This document shows, piece by piece, positions 10,669-22,096 of a DNA stretch of 64,000 bases. Under the pieces are notes generated by a model. The model was not told the DNA's origin and did no database searches. It saw only the letters and a program-made list of their open reading frames with translations. A program made the translations under genes and the position numbers. How positions within the stretch are numbered: position 1 is the first letter of the stretch; each line of letters begins with the position of its first letter. The DNA is taken from assembly GCA_025558095.1 (NCBI GenBank), contig JAIVFI010000003.1, forward strand, positions 992,001 through 1,056,000, read 5' to 3'. The stretch is from Hyaloraphidium curvatum SAG 235-1. Lineage: Eukaryota; Fungi; Monoblepharomycota.

Positions 10669-12857
10669 TCAATCATCGAATAAGCCTGGAACGTCTCCAC
10701 CATCGCCGGCGTCCCCCCCGTCCCCGCCATCACCTGCATCCTGTCCGCCATCGTCGTTGCTGCCGTCCGGGTCGTCACCGCCAGTCCCGTCGTCCTGATC
10801 GGAGTTGCTGCTGTCGTCGTTATCGCCAGAGCTGCTGTCGTCGAGATTTTCCCCCTTGGTCACGTCGTCGTGTTTGCTTTTCTCGAGCTTCAGACCGCTG
10901 TTGGCCTTTTGAATCACCTCCTGGGCGTCAGGATCGACGGCGAGCAGGTTGAGGTCCTCGCCCCTCGTGTCGTCTAGCCCGCCCTTGTCGTCATCGTCGA
11001 ACGACAGCGAGTTGATGGCGTTCTGCACTTCATCGTCGCCCTGCGTCGGCGCTCCCCGCTCCCGGCCCGCGTCCCCAATATTGCCCGCCCGCAGCCTGGC
11101 CGTCCCGAACGCCTGCCGAGCATGGTCGTCAGTGCTAGCACGGCTCGATGCGACCTACGGACCCACCGGCGGGATGGCATCGTTGTCCGCAATCGCCGCC
11201 GCGATGCCGAGCTGCAGCAGCTGCGCCGTGTCCACGCCCGCGGTCGCGAAGAAGGGGTGTGCGAGCACGGTGCCGACGTCCTGTAGCCTCGTCACCGGGT
11301 TCGGGTCCAGCAGCTTGGTCAGCAGGTCCTTCAGATCCGCCAGAATAGTTGCATCCGTTACGGTTTGGTCGAGGGGCGTGAGGTCGATCGGGACTGTGAC
11401 GTCGGGGCGGCGGTATTGGCCCGACATGCCCGTCTCGCCCGCGGGGTACGGCATCACGGCGGGGTTCTGAATGGAACCGTATCCGGTGTACAGGTCCCAC
11501 AGGGAGATGCCGAGGGCCCAATAGTCCATGGGCTTGCCGTACAAGTTCTTCTTCAGCTTCCTCATCGCGGGCTCAAGATCCTTGAGCGCCTTCTTGATCT
11601 TGGGCGCCACCTGCTCGCGAAGTTGCTTTGCCTGCTTAAACGTAGGTCTGGTGCCCGAATTTGCGATAACCCATCGCGCGTATGCCGCTTCACCGTAGTA
11701 GTCGACGAGGTTTTGACGCAGGTCCTGGATTTCGAACTGAGTAACGGAGGTTGGTCAGCGAGGCATTCGGCAAGAAGCTCCGGCCAGGTCACCCACAAAC
11801 TTCATTGACTCGGGGCTGCGGTACGCCTGATTCTCGAACACAGGGAGCCCCGCCTTCGTTCCCGGCGTCGCTATCTCCGCCGTCTTTTTGTCGGCAATTG
11901 TTGTGCCGATCTGGTTCAGCGTGTCCTGCCAGATAACCTTGGGGTCGTTCTTGATGGCCGTGCCGAAGTCGGCCAACCTCACGGTTCGCTCGCCGTTCGC
12001 GCCGTTGACGATCAGAAACTGCGCAGGCTTAAGGTCGCTGATAGCCCGTGTAAGCCACAGGGAGCACCAGAAGGCGGGCGAAGCCATAGCATACCGGTGG
12101 ATGTAGCCCTTCCAGTGCATGACGCCGACGGCAATAAACATCTGCGCAATCAATTTCCTGGTGGCCTGGTCCGTGCTCGCGGGTTGGCCGGCATCAAACA
12201 AGCTGTCCATCGAGGCGTCCGCTGGAATGTCGCGCGGGTGAGCGTCTAGCAGGCACATGAGCAGAGTAACTACCCTTGTTCATGAACAGTGCGGCCCTAA
12301 ACTTCTTATTCCCGTTCTCTTGCGGCTCGGGAGCGGCGTCGTTGCCGAGGTACCTGCGGCAGTACGAGTAAGGCCATAAACTCCAGGTGAAGTCAACAGC
12401 CCGTGTGCTCGGGGATGCTACAATACCTCGCGATGAAGGGCAGGCCGTTCAGCTTGCTGCCCACAGCGATCTCGTTCCGCGCGTCCTCGAACATGTCATG
12501 GGCTTTTTTCCAGTCTTTTGATCCCATTTTTGCCGTCGGAAGCACAAATTCTTTGATGACGATCACGGGAGACTTGACGTTCATCGGCTTGGCCGAGTAC
12601 ACCCGGACATCGACGCTGCTGCCGAAGGACTGCAGCTTCTTCCACTTCTTGGTCGAAAGGAATTCCTTCTTCAGCACGTTGACGTTCTTGCTCGACAGGA
12701 GCTTGGCCTTCTTGAGCAGGGGCTCGAGCTTGGTGACCTTGGCACCGCCGGCGACCTTCTTCTTCTTCCTCTTGAATAGCGCGTCCGCGGGCGCCACCAG
12801 CGCGGCGAGGAGCACAATTGCCAGCAGCGCGACTAGCAGCGCGCGGAGGCGCGCCAT
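10669..12857 (-). CDS. Ser/Thr protein kinase-like protein with N-terminal signal peptide and acidic C-terminal tail; ~5 introns
   Basis: Signal peptide MARLRALLVALLAIVLLAALVAPADA. Kinase motifs VIKE, alphaC NEI, spliced HR|DLKPAQFL, LADFG, YRSPE, DYWALG and LLDPNPVTRL..HPFF. Confidence 0.8.
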
Positions 12858-13443
12858 GGCGGCTCTAGTGCCGTGAGCTGGGGAGGACCGACGGTGGAGG
12901 GGGTTTGGGTCCTTAAAGCGGAGCTCTCACGGGTCCAATGACTCAAGATGGAATCACCCCCTACGATAAGATCACCAGGATCCCTTTCGTGAATCCCGCA
13001 GAAATAGCTATTCAATCTTCCAGAAATGGATGCATATTGCTGCAGGCACTAGACGTGCCAATACACCGCCTTTCGAACTCTTCGAACAACGGCACCACCT
13101 TCTTGTCCGCGAACGGCAGGATCTGCTTGCAGATCGCCCCGCACACGTCCTTCTCGGGATGGGCAAAGAAGTAGCTTTGATCCAGCTGTTTCAACGCCCC
13201 GGATGCGCGCGGCCCGCGGGACCAACCTGTTGAGCTGCCCCGCCCACGCCATCGACCCCTTGCTCCGCGTACCCGGCACCGCCTCGCCGCCCACCGCGCA
13301 CGCCAATCGAGTGCCCGGCGTCCTTGTCCGGGATGAACGATCGCGCGTCGACGTAGGCAGATGCACGCGGCTTCGGCCAGTTCTACCAATCTATCAGACT
13401 CCGAATCCAGCATAGAATAGTAACGTCATCCACCCCGCCTCCT

Positions 13444-14692
13444 TCACACGTGCTTCCCAGTTACGATGAACTCGACCATATCCCCCCCGACGGTCCCCCC
13501 CTCCCCGTCCGGCTTGCCGAAATCGTTCATGGCCCAGTTGTGCACCCTCCCCTTCCCGACCACCAGCACGTGCTTCCCCGGCGCCGCCTTTTCCGCGCTG
13601 CCGGTGAACTTCTCGGCGTCGGAGAGGAGCACCTCGCGTTCGCCGATGTAGCTGCGCGTGGGGGGCAACGCGGCGAGGGATTCGGGGGTGGCGAGGGCGG
13701 GGGAGACGAGCGGGTTGGAGAGGAGCTCCGCGTATTTCGCCCGCGTTTCGGGGTCCAAAGTGCGGTAATCCACGTCGCCGAGGACGTAGTGCGAGCCGAC
13801 GTAGTCCAGCAAGGGCTTGTCGAGCTGGTCGATCACGTTCAGCGGGTCCGCGAAGGAAGGGGAGGTGTGGCTGAGGTCAAGCCAAGGGGAAATGGGGACG
13901 ACGCGGGAGGGGAGGGGCAGCGAGCGCGCAAGGAGGTCCAGGCAAGTGGCCAGGACGAGGTTGCCGCCGGCCGAGTCGCCGGCTTGCGGGAAAGGGGCGC
14001 TTAGTCGGCAAAACGGGCACCGGGCGAAGAGTGGGACCAACCGAGGACGACCTTGCCGGGGTCTACGCCGCATTCGTCAAAGAGGTAGCTCCAGGCGCGG
14101 CGGACCTGCCCGAGCTGGTAGGGGAAGTGCTGTTCCGGCGCCAGCGCGTAGTCCACGCTGAGGATCTTGAACTTCGGGACGCGCTTGGTGATCTCGCCCA
14201 TGAGCTGGAGGTAGAAGGGAAGGTAAAGCATCGAGTCGTCGATCATGGCGAAGCCGCCTGTGGGTCGAACGCGATACAAAAGAGCTCGTCAGCGACGGAC
14301 GCGCTCCTTGCCGGCCCGGACCCACCTCCGTGAATGAACACGAGCACCAGATCGCAGTCCTTGGGCTGCAGCGCCTTGTCCCCGACCCACTGCACCCTCA
14401 CCCCCGCGTCCTCCCTCTTGCCCTCCAGCACCACCTTCTCCACCCCCTTCATCGCCGGGTCCCCGTCCCCGGGGGGCGGCGGCATGACCCACCGCAATTG
14501 GCGCACGGACAAGTTTCTGTTGCAGTAGCCCACGAAGCGGTTGAAGAAGTCCGAGCCGAAGGAGGAGCCGGGGGTCATGGGGCCGTATGCGAGGCGGGCA
14601 AGCAGCGTGCGCCAGGGGAGCACGAGCAGGATGTACGAGATGTGGCCGGCGACTTGGAGGCGCTCGAGCCACAGCGGCGCGCGGGCAAACAT
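13444..14692 (-). CDS. Alpha/beta hydrolase, HSL family (Say1-like); 2 introns
   Basis: Spliced IHGGGF, SVDYALAPE, GDSAGGNL, ISPWLDL, GEREVLLSD and catalytic His region. Confidence 0.85.
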
Positions 14693-15128
14693 CGCGGCGG
14701 GCTTCGGCAGGAACGGCGACGCGCCGCGGGGGAACGGGGCCGGTCGCGTCCACTAGAGAGCGCGGGCTCCTCGCGCGACGATGAGACGCGCCCGATGAGG
14801 CGCGCGGTCGTCGGCGCGGCGAGGGAGGCAACGGCGACGAAAACCACCGGGGGCTTGGGTGGCGTATCTGGCGCGTGGCCCCAAGCGGCCGGTCGCCCGG
14901 CCGTCCGTCCAAACCAAAAGCCCGGATGGCCGGATGGCTAGTGCCAAAGCTGCATGCTGATGGTTCAAGATGTGCAGCTGGAGAATTGGGAGCTTAAGAA
15001 CCGAAAGAGGCGAAGGTCGGGGACACGGACAGGAGGTCAGACCGATCGAGTTCACATGGCTTCTCCCGCCGCGTTCCCTCCGCGGCACTCTACATCGCAT
15101 CAAGACCGTCCCGGCGCACCACCGCCGC

Positions 15129-15735
15129 CTACTCGTCCACCGTCTCGGGCCCGAACCCCTTGTGCTTGGGCAGCCCGTCCTTGATCGGCACCACCGTCTC
15201 CTCGTAGCAGAAGTGGCACTCGGGCTTGAACTCGAGGGCGGGGATGGTGGCCGCGTAGACGTCGTAGAGTCCCATACCTTTCGCAGAAACCGCGGAGACG
15301 GGGAGAATGCCGCGCCACGGCCCCGAAAGAAGAGAATCAGCGCGCTTGCCCCGCCCATCGCACGGCATCCGCCCACCGGGATGCTCCGTCATCACGTGCC
15401 CACCGCACTTGGTGCACCACATCCGCCCGCTGCCCTCGGTCTTGTTGAATTTCCCCAGGAGCTCCTCCCCCTGCGTCACCTTAACCTTGTCCTTGGGCCA
15501 CAGGGTGAACGCGTTGACCGGGCCGGCGGACCAGGAGCGGCACGACTGCGCGCGCGCGATGGGGCGCCGGCGGGGCAGGAAACGGACGGGCGGCGCGGGA
15601 AGGCGCGTCAGCGTCGCCGGGGGACACCTCCGCCGCGCGCCCTGCCTCGCAGTGGCAGTAGCCCATCTTGACCGGCGCGCCCGCGGTCTCCAGCTTCACG
15701 GCGCCGCAGAAGCACTTGCCCTCGTAGGTCGACAT
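15129..15735 (-). CDS. GFA / CENP-V (Mss4-like) zinc-binding protein; introns 15546-15645 (GC-AG) and ~15279-15377
   Basis: YEGKCFCGAV, YCHCE|SCRSWS, RMWCTKCGGH, FKPECHFCYEE and DGLPK. Confidence 0.85.
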
Positions 15736-16151
15736 GGCGTCGGTGTGTGTGCGCGGGTTGCAAGGTGCGGCGGGGACGCGGGATGCTTGGTCAGCGCCGA
15801 TCGGCCAAACTGAACACGATCCGCGCGTCTCCCGAGGATTTATGGAAGCGGAGGCGCAGCGGCTGCGCATGATTCGGAGAGCATCCGCATTTCGGGATCA
15901 CGGGGCGGTCATTTGCCGCTGCGGGGCCACAGCGCGGAAGCCCCGGAGGTTCAGGAGAGCCTGCTGATCCATCCGCCGCCGCATCATGCATCACGCAGTC
16001 GCGCCCCCCGCGCGCCTCGACTCTATCCTGCTCTGCCACGTGCAATGTACAAGATCGTCGCGGTATGCCGGTATCCCGGCTATCTTACATCCGTCTTTTT
16101 CACCGTCCTCGGCCAACCATTATCGTCTCCAACTCCATTTCGACCGTCCAG

Positions 16152-17960
16152 TCACGCCTTGCCCGCGGCCCCCCACATCCCCCTCCCCACCTTGGGCGGC
16201 GGCGGAAACGTGTACGTATGCCTCTGCACCGCGGGGGGCTGCCACCCGCCCAGCGCCACCGACAGCGGCGGCAGCTTCTCCCTCCCGAGCTCGCCCGACG
16301 CCCCCGAGGGCGGGGTGTACGACCGCTCGGTGGCGGTGGTCCCGCAGTCCGGCGGCGTCGCGCTGCCCGTCCGCGCCGGTCCCGTCGGCGCGAACTCGTC
16401 AAAGGTCATCGGCCCCGTCCACCGCTTGGGCACCGGCGGCGGGCCGGGCAGCATGAACGTCGCCTTGTCGTAGGGTTTCGCCAGCCGCGCGGGGGCGGAC
16501 CGGACCGACGCGTCGTCGCGCGGCGCGGACCCTGTCGAGCCGGGGCGCTTGTGCCGCCCCCTGTGCGCAGCCACGCGCTGCGCCCATGCGTTGCGCTGCT
16601 CCGCGGCGCGGACCAGCGCGGCGCCCGGTCCCGCGGCGGAGGCGGACGGCCTGCGCGAGGGGGAGGGCGGGGCGGATGGGGAGCGCAGGCCCGGTGGTGG
16701 GGGGTCCGATGCGAGGGGGGCGAAGTAGGGCTTGGTGCCCGGTGAGGGGCGCATCGGGCGCGGGGAGGTGATTTTGGGGGGTTCGGCGCTGCCCGCCTGG
16801 GATTTGAAGGGGGAGGTGGGCGAGTTGAGGAGGCGGGAGAGGGAGGTGAGGGCGGCGTCGTTCATGCGGGGGGGAGGGGTGCGTTCCCGCTGCGCCGTGG
16901 CGAGGGGGGTCGGGTATGCGGCGGAGGGGGCCGAAGGGGGGGAGGTGACGCCGGGGGAGTCGACCCAGGCGGCGGTGCGGCTGTACCAAGGGAAAGATTG
17001 CTCGTTCCCGGACGGGGGCGTGCCGGCCGCCGAAGGTGGCGCATGCAAGTACGTCGGCGCGGCCGGGGGCGTGTACACCGCTGCCGGAGGGGTGAACACC
17101 GGCAGGGGCGTCACGGCGGGCACGCTCTGCGACCGCTGGTGGTACCATTCTGCCGCGGGGATGATGGCGTACCCCGACCGGGGCGGGTGGTGCGCGTAGG
17201 CGATGGGCGGCGGCGGCGGCGCAAAGTGCGGCTCGTACGCATGCAGCGATGCGTACGAGGTCGACGTCGGGGTGCCGTACCCGGCGCTGCCGTGCGTGCT
17301 GCCGTACGCCTCGGGCGGCGTGCCGAACCCGTAGTCCGCGTCCGCGTGCGGCGCGTATCCGTACGACCCGTAGCGCGAATGCGCATCGGCGTGCGCGCGG
17401 TCGGCGCTGTCCGTCTGCACCTGCTCCGATTTCATCTCGTCGCCCACCTGCTGCACCAGCGCGGCGGTGACGTCCCTGGGCCCCGCGACGCGGTCGAGCA
17501 CGCGCGACCAAAGCCTGCGCATCGTCGAGGGGTCCGCGCGGGCGGCGGTGCGCACGGCATAGCACAACCGTTCCGTTGAGGGGAAGTGCGGAAAGTCCTC
17601 GAGCGCGGCAATCACCGGAGCGCAGTCGACGAAGCGGTAGGCCTGGGCGCGCGAGCAGCCCCACGTCTTGAAGTAGTGCTCGACCTTGAACGCGGCGGTG
17701 CCCTCGGCGTCGGGGTCGTGGCCGTCCGCGAACTTGTACAGCTTGTTCTTGACGATGTGTGCCAGCGCGACGACGGTGTCGCGGAACTCGTCGCGGCGGC
17801 GCGCGTCGTCGTCGGCCGTACGGCGCAGGGCGTCCTTGTCCTTGCCGCCGCGCAGCACGGCGGCCGACACGCGGCGCTCCCAATAGCGCAGCTCATCCGA
17901 GGGAGATGCAAAGGAGGAGGAGGCCGGCCCGTCGACGGGCGGCGCGGGCGGCCGGCCCAT
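16152..17960 (-). CDS. Putative DNA-binding regulator: N-terminal helical domain plus long P/S/Y/A-rich disordered tail; intronless
   Basis: 602-aa ORF. The ordered segment FRDTVVALAHIVKNKLYK..EHYFKTWGCSRAQAYRFVDCAPVIAAL..PSTERLC..LWSRVL is followed by a low-complexity region. Confidence 0.7.
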   Translation of the reverse strand: MGRPPAPPVDGPASSSFASPSDELRYWERRVSAAVLRGGKDKDALRRTADDDARRRDEFRDTVVALAHIVKNKLYKFADGHDPDAEGTAAFKVEHYFKTWGCSRAQAYRFVDCAPVIAALEDFPHFPSTERLCYAVRTAARADPSTMRRLWSRVLDRVAGPRDVTAALVQQVGDEMKSEQVQTDSADRAHADAHSRYGSYGYAPHADADYGFGTPPEAYGSTHGSAGYGTPTSTSYASLHAYEPHFAPPPPPIAYAHHPPRSGYAIIPAAEWYHQRSQSVPAVTPLPVFTPPAAVYTPPAAPTYLHAPPSAAGTPPSGNEQSFPWYSRTAAWVDSPGVTSPPSAPSAAYPTPLATAQRERTPPPRMNDAALTSLSRLLNSPTSPFKSQAGSAEPPKITSPRPMRPSPGTKPYFAPLASDPPPPGLRSPSAPPSPSRRPSASAAGPGAALVRAAEQRNAWAQRVAAHRGRHKRPGSTGSAPRDDASVRSAPARLAKPYDKATFMLPGPPPVPKRWTGPMTFDEFAPTGPARTGSATPPDCGTTATERSYTPPSGASGELGREKLPPLSVALGGWQPPAVQRHTYTFPPPPKVGRGMWGAAGKA

Positions 17961-19142
17961 GCCCCTTTGGAGGTGGAAAAATCCCTGGAGACGTTGCGGA
18001 GACGCGGTGAGCTCGGCTCGGCGGCGCAGACCCGCGCGCCCCCGGCGCAGATGGCACTAAAATGGCCGCCATTTAAATGCCGGGCGAGATCCGGGCCAGA
18101 CAGAGGGCAGGGCCCCCGCCCCGGGAGGCCACCCGCCCGGGGTCCGCCACCCGCCCCGGCCCCCCCGGCCGTCGGACCGTCCGATCCTCACCTAATTCGC
18201 CGTTTTAAGGCGTCCACTTAAACGTCCATCGCCCGCCGGGCCCGATTCGCCCGCGCGGCCACGGCACCGCTCCCGCTTATCGGGGTCCTCCGCGCCCGCC
18301 CTCTCCCGGGTATCCGCGCGCCGCCGCCGCCACGCCGCCCGGCCGGTATCGCGGGTATCGCCGCTAGCAGCGCCGCCGCATGCCAGGGGCGCACGCGGCG
18401 ACGCGTCGGGCAGCGTGAATCGGTATAGAGGCTCGATAGAGTTCGTCCAGCCGCCGACCGCTGCCGTCGCGTCTCCGTATCCCTGGTCTCACTATAGACG
18501 CAAACTCTAAATCCGTAATCTCCCGCCGGTCACCAGGTCACCGGTAGCTCCCCGGGCATCGCCCGCCGCCCTCCCCAGGCCGGTAGCCCCTCCCCACGTC
18601 CCCGGGGGACCGTCCGAAGCCCCATCACGTGGGGTCCCGCCTTGCCGCCTTTCGGCGCGTCCCACGTCATGTTGGCCCATCTCACTGTGGCGAGGGCCGC
18701 AGAGCTGTCGGTCGCTTCCTGCAGCGATAAAGAAGGTGCCATCCGCCGTCCGCATGCGGCCCACCGCGCCCTGTGTTGCTCTTCGGTACAAGCGGCGTCG
18801 GGTCGGGCGGCGGGCAATGTCCGACCGAGCCGCCGCGGTCCCGAATCCCCGCCCGAACCGACCAAAACGGTCGAGCCGGAAACCAGGCCTTATTATCGGG
18901 CGGGATCGGGTATCCTGCGGGTGAGCGGAGGCCGCCGGCCGTGGGGAACTTTATGGAGGCGCAACACCGCGGACGTTCTCGACCGCGGTCCAGATCTGCG
19001 CGATCGTCGCGGGTCGGAGCCCCGGCGAAAGCTTCCAGTCCGACCGTTGCTTCCGATGCCTTATTCAGATGGTTTCTCTGCCAATATATACGCTCTCTCG
19101 GGGCCGGTACAGCCGTCCCCTGACTCGCGCTGCCCCCCCATA

Positions 19143-20369
19143 TCAGATACCCAGCTTCGCCCTCGCCCAGTTGCACTGGTACGACAGCGCATCGTCCGCC
19201 TCGCTCATCCACCCGAAGAAACAGTTGTACGTGTGTTCCATGCAGTCCTGCTCGATGTACTTGACGTCCTTGACCCCCGCTCCGTTGAGCTTCTTGACGA
19301 ACGCCCGCGAGTCCCCCGCCAGGACCTCGTGCGACCCGGTCATCACCAACACCGAAGGCCACTCGCCCTCCCTCGCCACCGGCTTCATGCACGGCAGGTC
19401 CATCGGCCCGTAGCTCCGCCCCGCGAAGCACAGCCCGCCCACGGTGCGCGCGTCGTCCGGGAGGATAATGCCGTCGATGTCGCCGTTGGCGTCGATGGTG
19501 TCGTAGGAGAAGGTGAGGTCGATGTAGGGGGAGAGGAGGACGGCGGCGCGGGGGAAGGGGAGCGAGGGGTCGTGCGAGATGGTGAGGAGGAGGTTGGCGG
19601 TCATCCCTCCACCTGGCCGCGACGGACGAACGCGAGGCAGAGGCATCAGCATAATGAAAGCCGCCGATCGATGCGCCCACGCACCGGCAGAGTCCCCGCC
19701 GATCACAAGCTTCTCCGCGCCGTACTTGTCCACGCAGTACCTGTAGGCATCCAGGCAATCCGCGATCGTCTCCTCCCTCAGATCGGCCTCGGGCACCCTC
19801 CTGTAATCCGGCACCACCACCTCGACGCCGCCCATCCGCGCGCTCATCTCCGCCGCGAACCCCCGCCACGCGTGCCCGCGCCCGCCGATGTACCCGCCGC
19901 CGTGGATCCACAGGATCGCGCCGGGCGCGGTGCACTGCGCGACAACGTTGGCGCGGACGGTCTCGATGGGGACGCCGGCGGGGGTGGTGCCCTGGGAGAC
20001 GGAGTAGTCGGGCCTGAAGGGGATCAAGAGCGCGGCCAGGCCGTCGGTCTTGGCCCGCGTGTCCTGCGAACCACCGCGTCAGCCACGATCGTCCGCGGTG
20101 GGTGCGCGCGGGAGGCCCACCTCGACGCTCTTGATCGGCCTCTTCCCGGCGTTCAGCATCGCCGAGAAGGCCCTCGCGTCCCACGACAGCTTCGCGGCCT
20201 CCCAGCTCTTGGCCACCCTCTGGTTCCACGGCCTGAGCACGCCCCATTTCAGGAGCAGCTTGATGGTGCCGTGCACGAGGAGCGCGGTGCGGAGGGAGAA
20301 CCAGTCGCCCAGGCGCTGGAGGAAGGAGGGGGACAGGGGGGCGGGGGGGTAGTAGGCGGTGGCGGGCAT
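19143..20369 (-). CDS. Alpha/beta hydrolase (HSL/esterase family); 2 introns
   Basis: WIHGGGY, PDYRRVPE, spliced GDSAG|GG, LLSPYIDLT, GSHEVLAGD and MEH. Confidence 0.88.
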
Positions 20370-21023
20370 GGCGGATAAGGGCGTTGAACGCGCGCGGAAA
20401 ATGCGGCGGCGGAGGCGCGGCGCGGCGGGGGACGGGGGACAATGTCGGGCGGGGTGGTGCGCAAGGGCGGGGCGGATAATCCGCGGCGCTGTCGCCCAGC
20501 GCCCGCATCCATGGCGCACCCAGCAAACTCCGCGATGCTTCCGGGAAACGAGCTTGGGTACGTCGAGTCAGCACGCATGATGGGGGTGAGGCCTTGGGGG
20601 GCTAGCAGCGCTTGGGAGACATGTGTATTGGATTCCTGGAATCACATTCGGAGCGGAGAGAGGAAAGGATGAATCCATCCAGGCAATTCGAATCGTGGGA
20701 GGCGGTCTCTGCAAAGCATCGCATCCGAAAGCGGGGAGATACCCGTTTGTGCGAGGAGCCGGCGGCGTCCCGAGAAGCTTTCCGGGACGGGTCGGCGATC
20801 CAGAATGGAAGGGCGGAGCTGAATGCCACGAACCTGGGATACCCTCCTCCATGCTGCCACAGGGCCGCGATGATCGGGATGGCAATGCAGATCGGATTCC
20901 TGGCCCGTTCATGGTCCGGCTCGGGCCACGAACCTGAAGCGAACTGCGACACGCATTTGGTCACGTCTGGAACGAAGGCCATCAGCTACGAGACTCACGT
21001 AGCTGCAAATGCCGGCCCGTCCA

Positions 21024-21775
21024 TCAGAAATTGAGGCCTCCCGGCCGCCCCGAACCGACGAGCTCGGAGGTGCTCGTGCCGAGCAGCGAAGCGAGCACGC
21101 GGAACCTCGACCTGAGCCTCGTCAGATGCTCCGAGGGATCGCGGTCGGCGTCGTGATCCGGATGTTCTTCGCTAGGAGCTGGCGCTGCCGTGTCGGCTCC
21201 GGATCCAGCATTGTGCCCGTGGTCGTGCCCCTCGTGCCCCGTCGGGGGATGCACGTTCTTGAGGGGGAACGAAGCCGCGAGCTCTGCAACCTGAGCTACC
21301 GCCCTCGCGGTCCTGACAGGGCAGTAAGCATCAGCCTTGTTCCGAAGCCCGACATTACCGAACACACCTCTCCCCGCCCGCGACGCCCCGCTCCTTCCAA
21401 ACCGCCGCGCAACCCCCGTAGATCCCCGCCTCTACGCCCATGTTGAAGCCCCGACGGGTGCCGAGAGCGCGGCCTTCGAGGTAGCCGGCGCGGTGGCCGT
21501 CCCGGAGGCCGTCGAGGCGGCCGAAGGATTCGAACCTTGCGAGGGGCGCCGCGAGCCCGGTGAGCAACGGGAGGACAGACAAATGAAGCCGGAGAAAAGC
21601 TCACATGGATTCCAGATGGATCAGGGACTCGATGTCGGGGGGAGGTGCATCTTCGGGTTCTGCAACGGCTACAGCCGCGTCGCGGCGTGTCAGGGACAGA
21701 ACAGACGGCGCCAGGACGGCGTGACGCACTCTGGCCCTCTGGAGACGCGCTGTCGACCGTGTGCGGGTTTCCCAT
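21024..21775 (-). CDS. LTO1: LTO1/ORAOV1 (Yae1_N domain) Fe-S adaptor; 3 introns
   Basis: DIESLIHLESM|FESFGRLDGLRDGHRAGYLEGRALGTRRGFNMGVEAGIYGGCAAVW (GxxxG repeats) and C-terminal LTRLRSRFRVLASLLG. Confidence 0.8.
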
Positions 21776-22096
21776 ACTCGCTTCCATGGGCCCGACACCG
21801 GACGCCAATGTTGACTTGTTGATGTGGCGAAATCTCGCCGGCTGCTGTTGCACGCGCGGATCTCTGATCCGGTCGGCTGCTGCTCTGGACAGCTATGACG
21901 TGGTGTTGCTGACGGGCACTTCCAGCAACACCAGAAATGGAGCCGTAGTTGATGTTCTCTTTCAAAGTTTCGTCCACGTCGATGGGCTTCCATGGCAGCG
22001 CGACGAGCACCGCTCCAGAGAGTGACCATAACAACATAGTCCCTTCGCCTCAGATTACCCCTGCTAATGGCATGTGACGGCGGCCCTGCCGACCGA

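Noticed and set aside
13012-13413. Small minus-strand ORF with protein-like C-terminus (YFFAHPEKDVCGAICKQILPF)
   Set aside because: No convincing start or splice structure and no family recognised.
20600-21000. Possible ncRNA (hairpin CGTCCCG..CGGGACG at ~20766-20789)
   Set aside because: A 7-bp stem is expected by chance at this GC content, and no snRNA, SRP or RNase P/MRP consensus was found.
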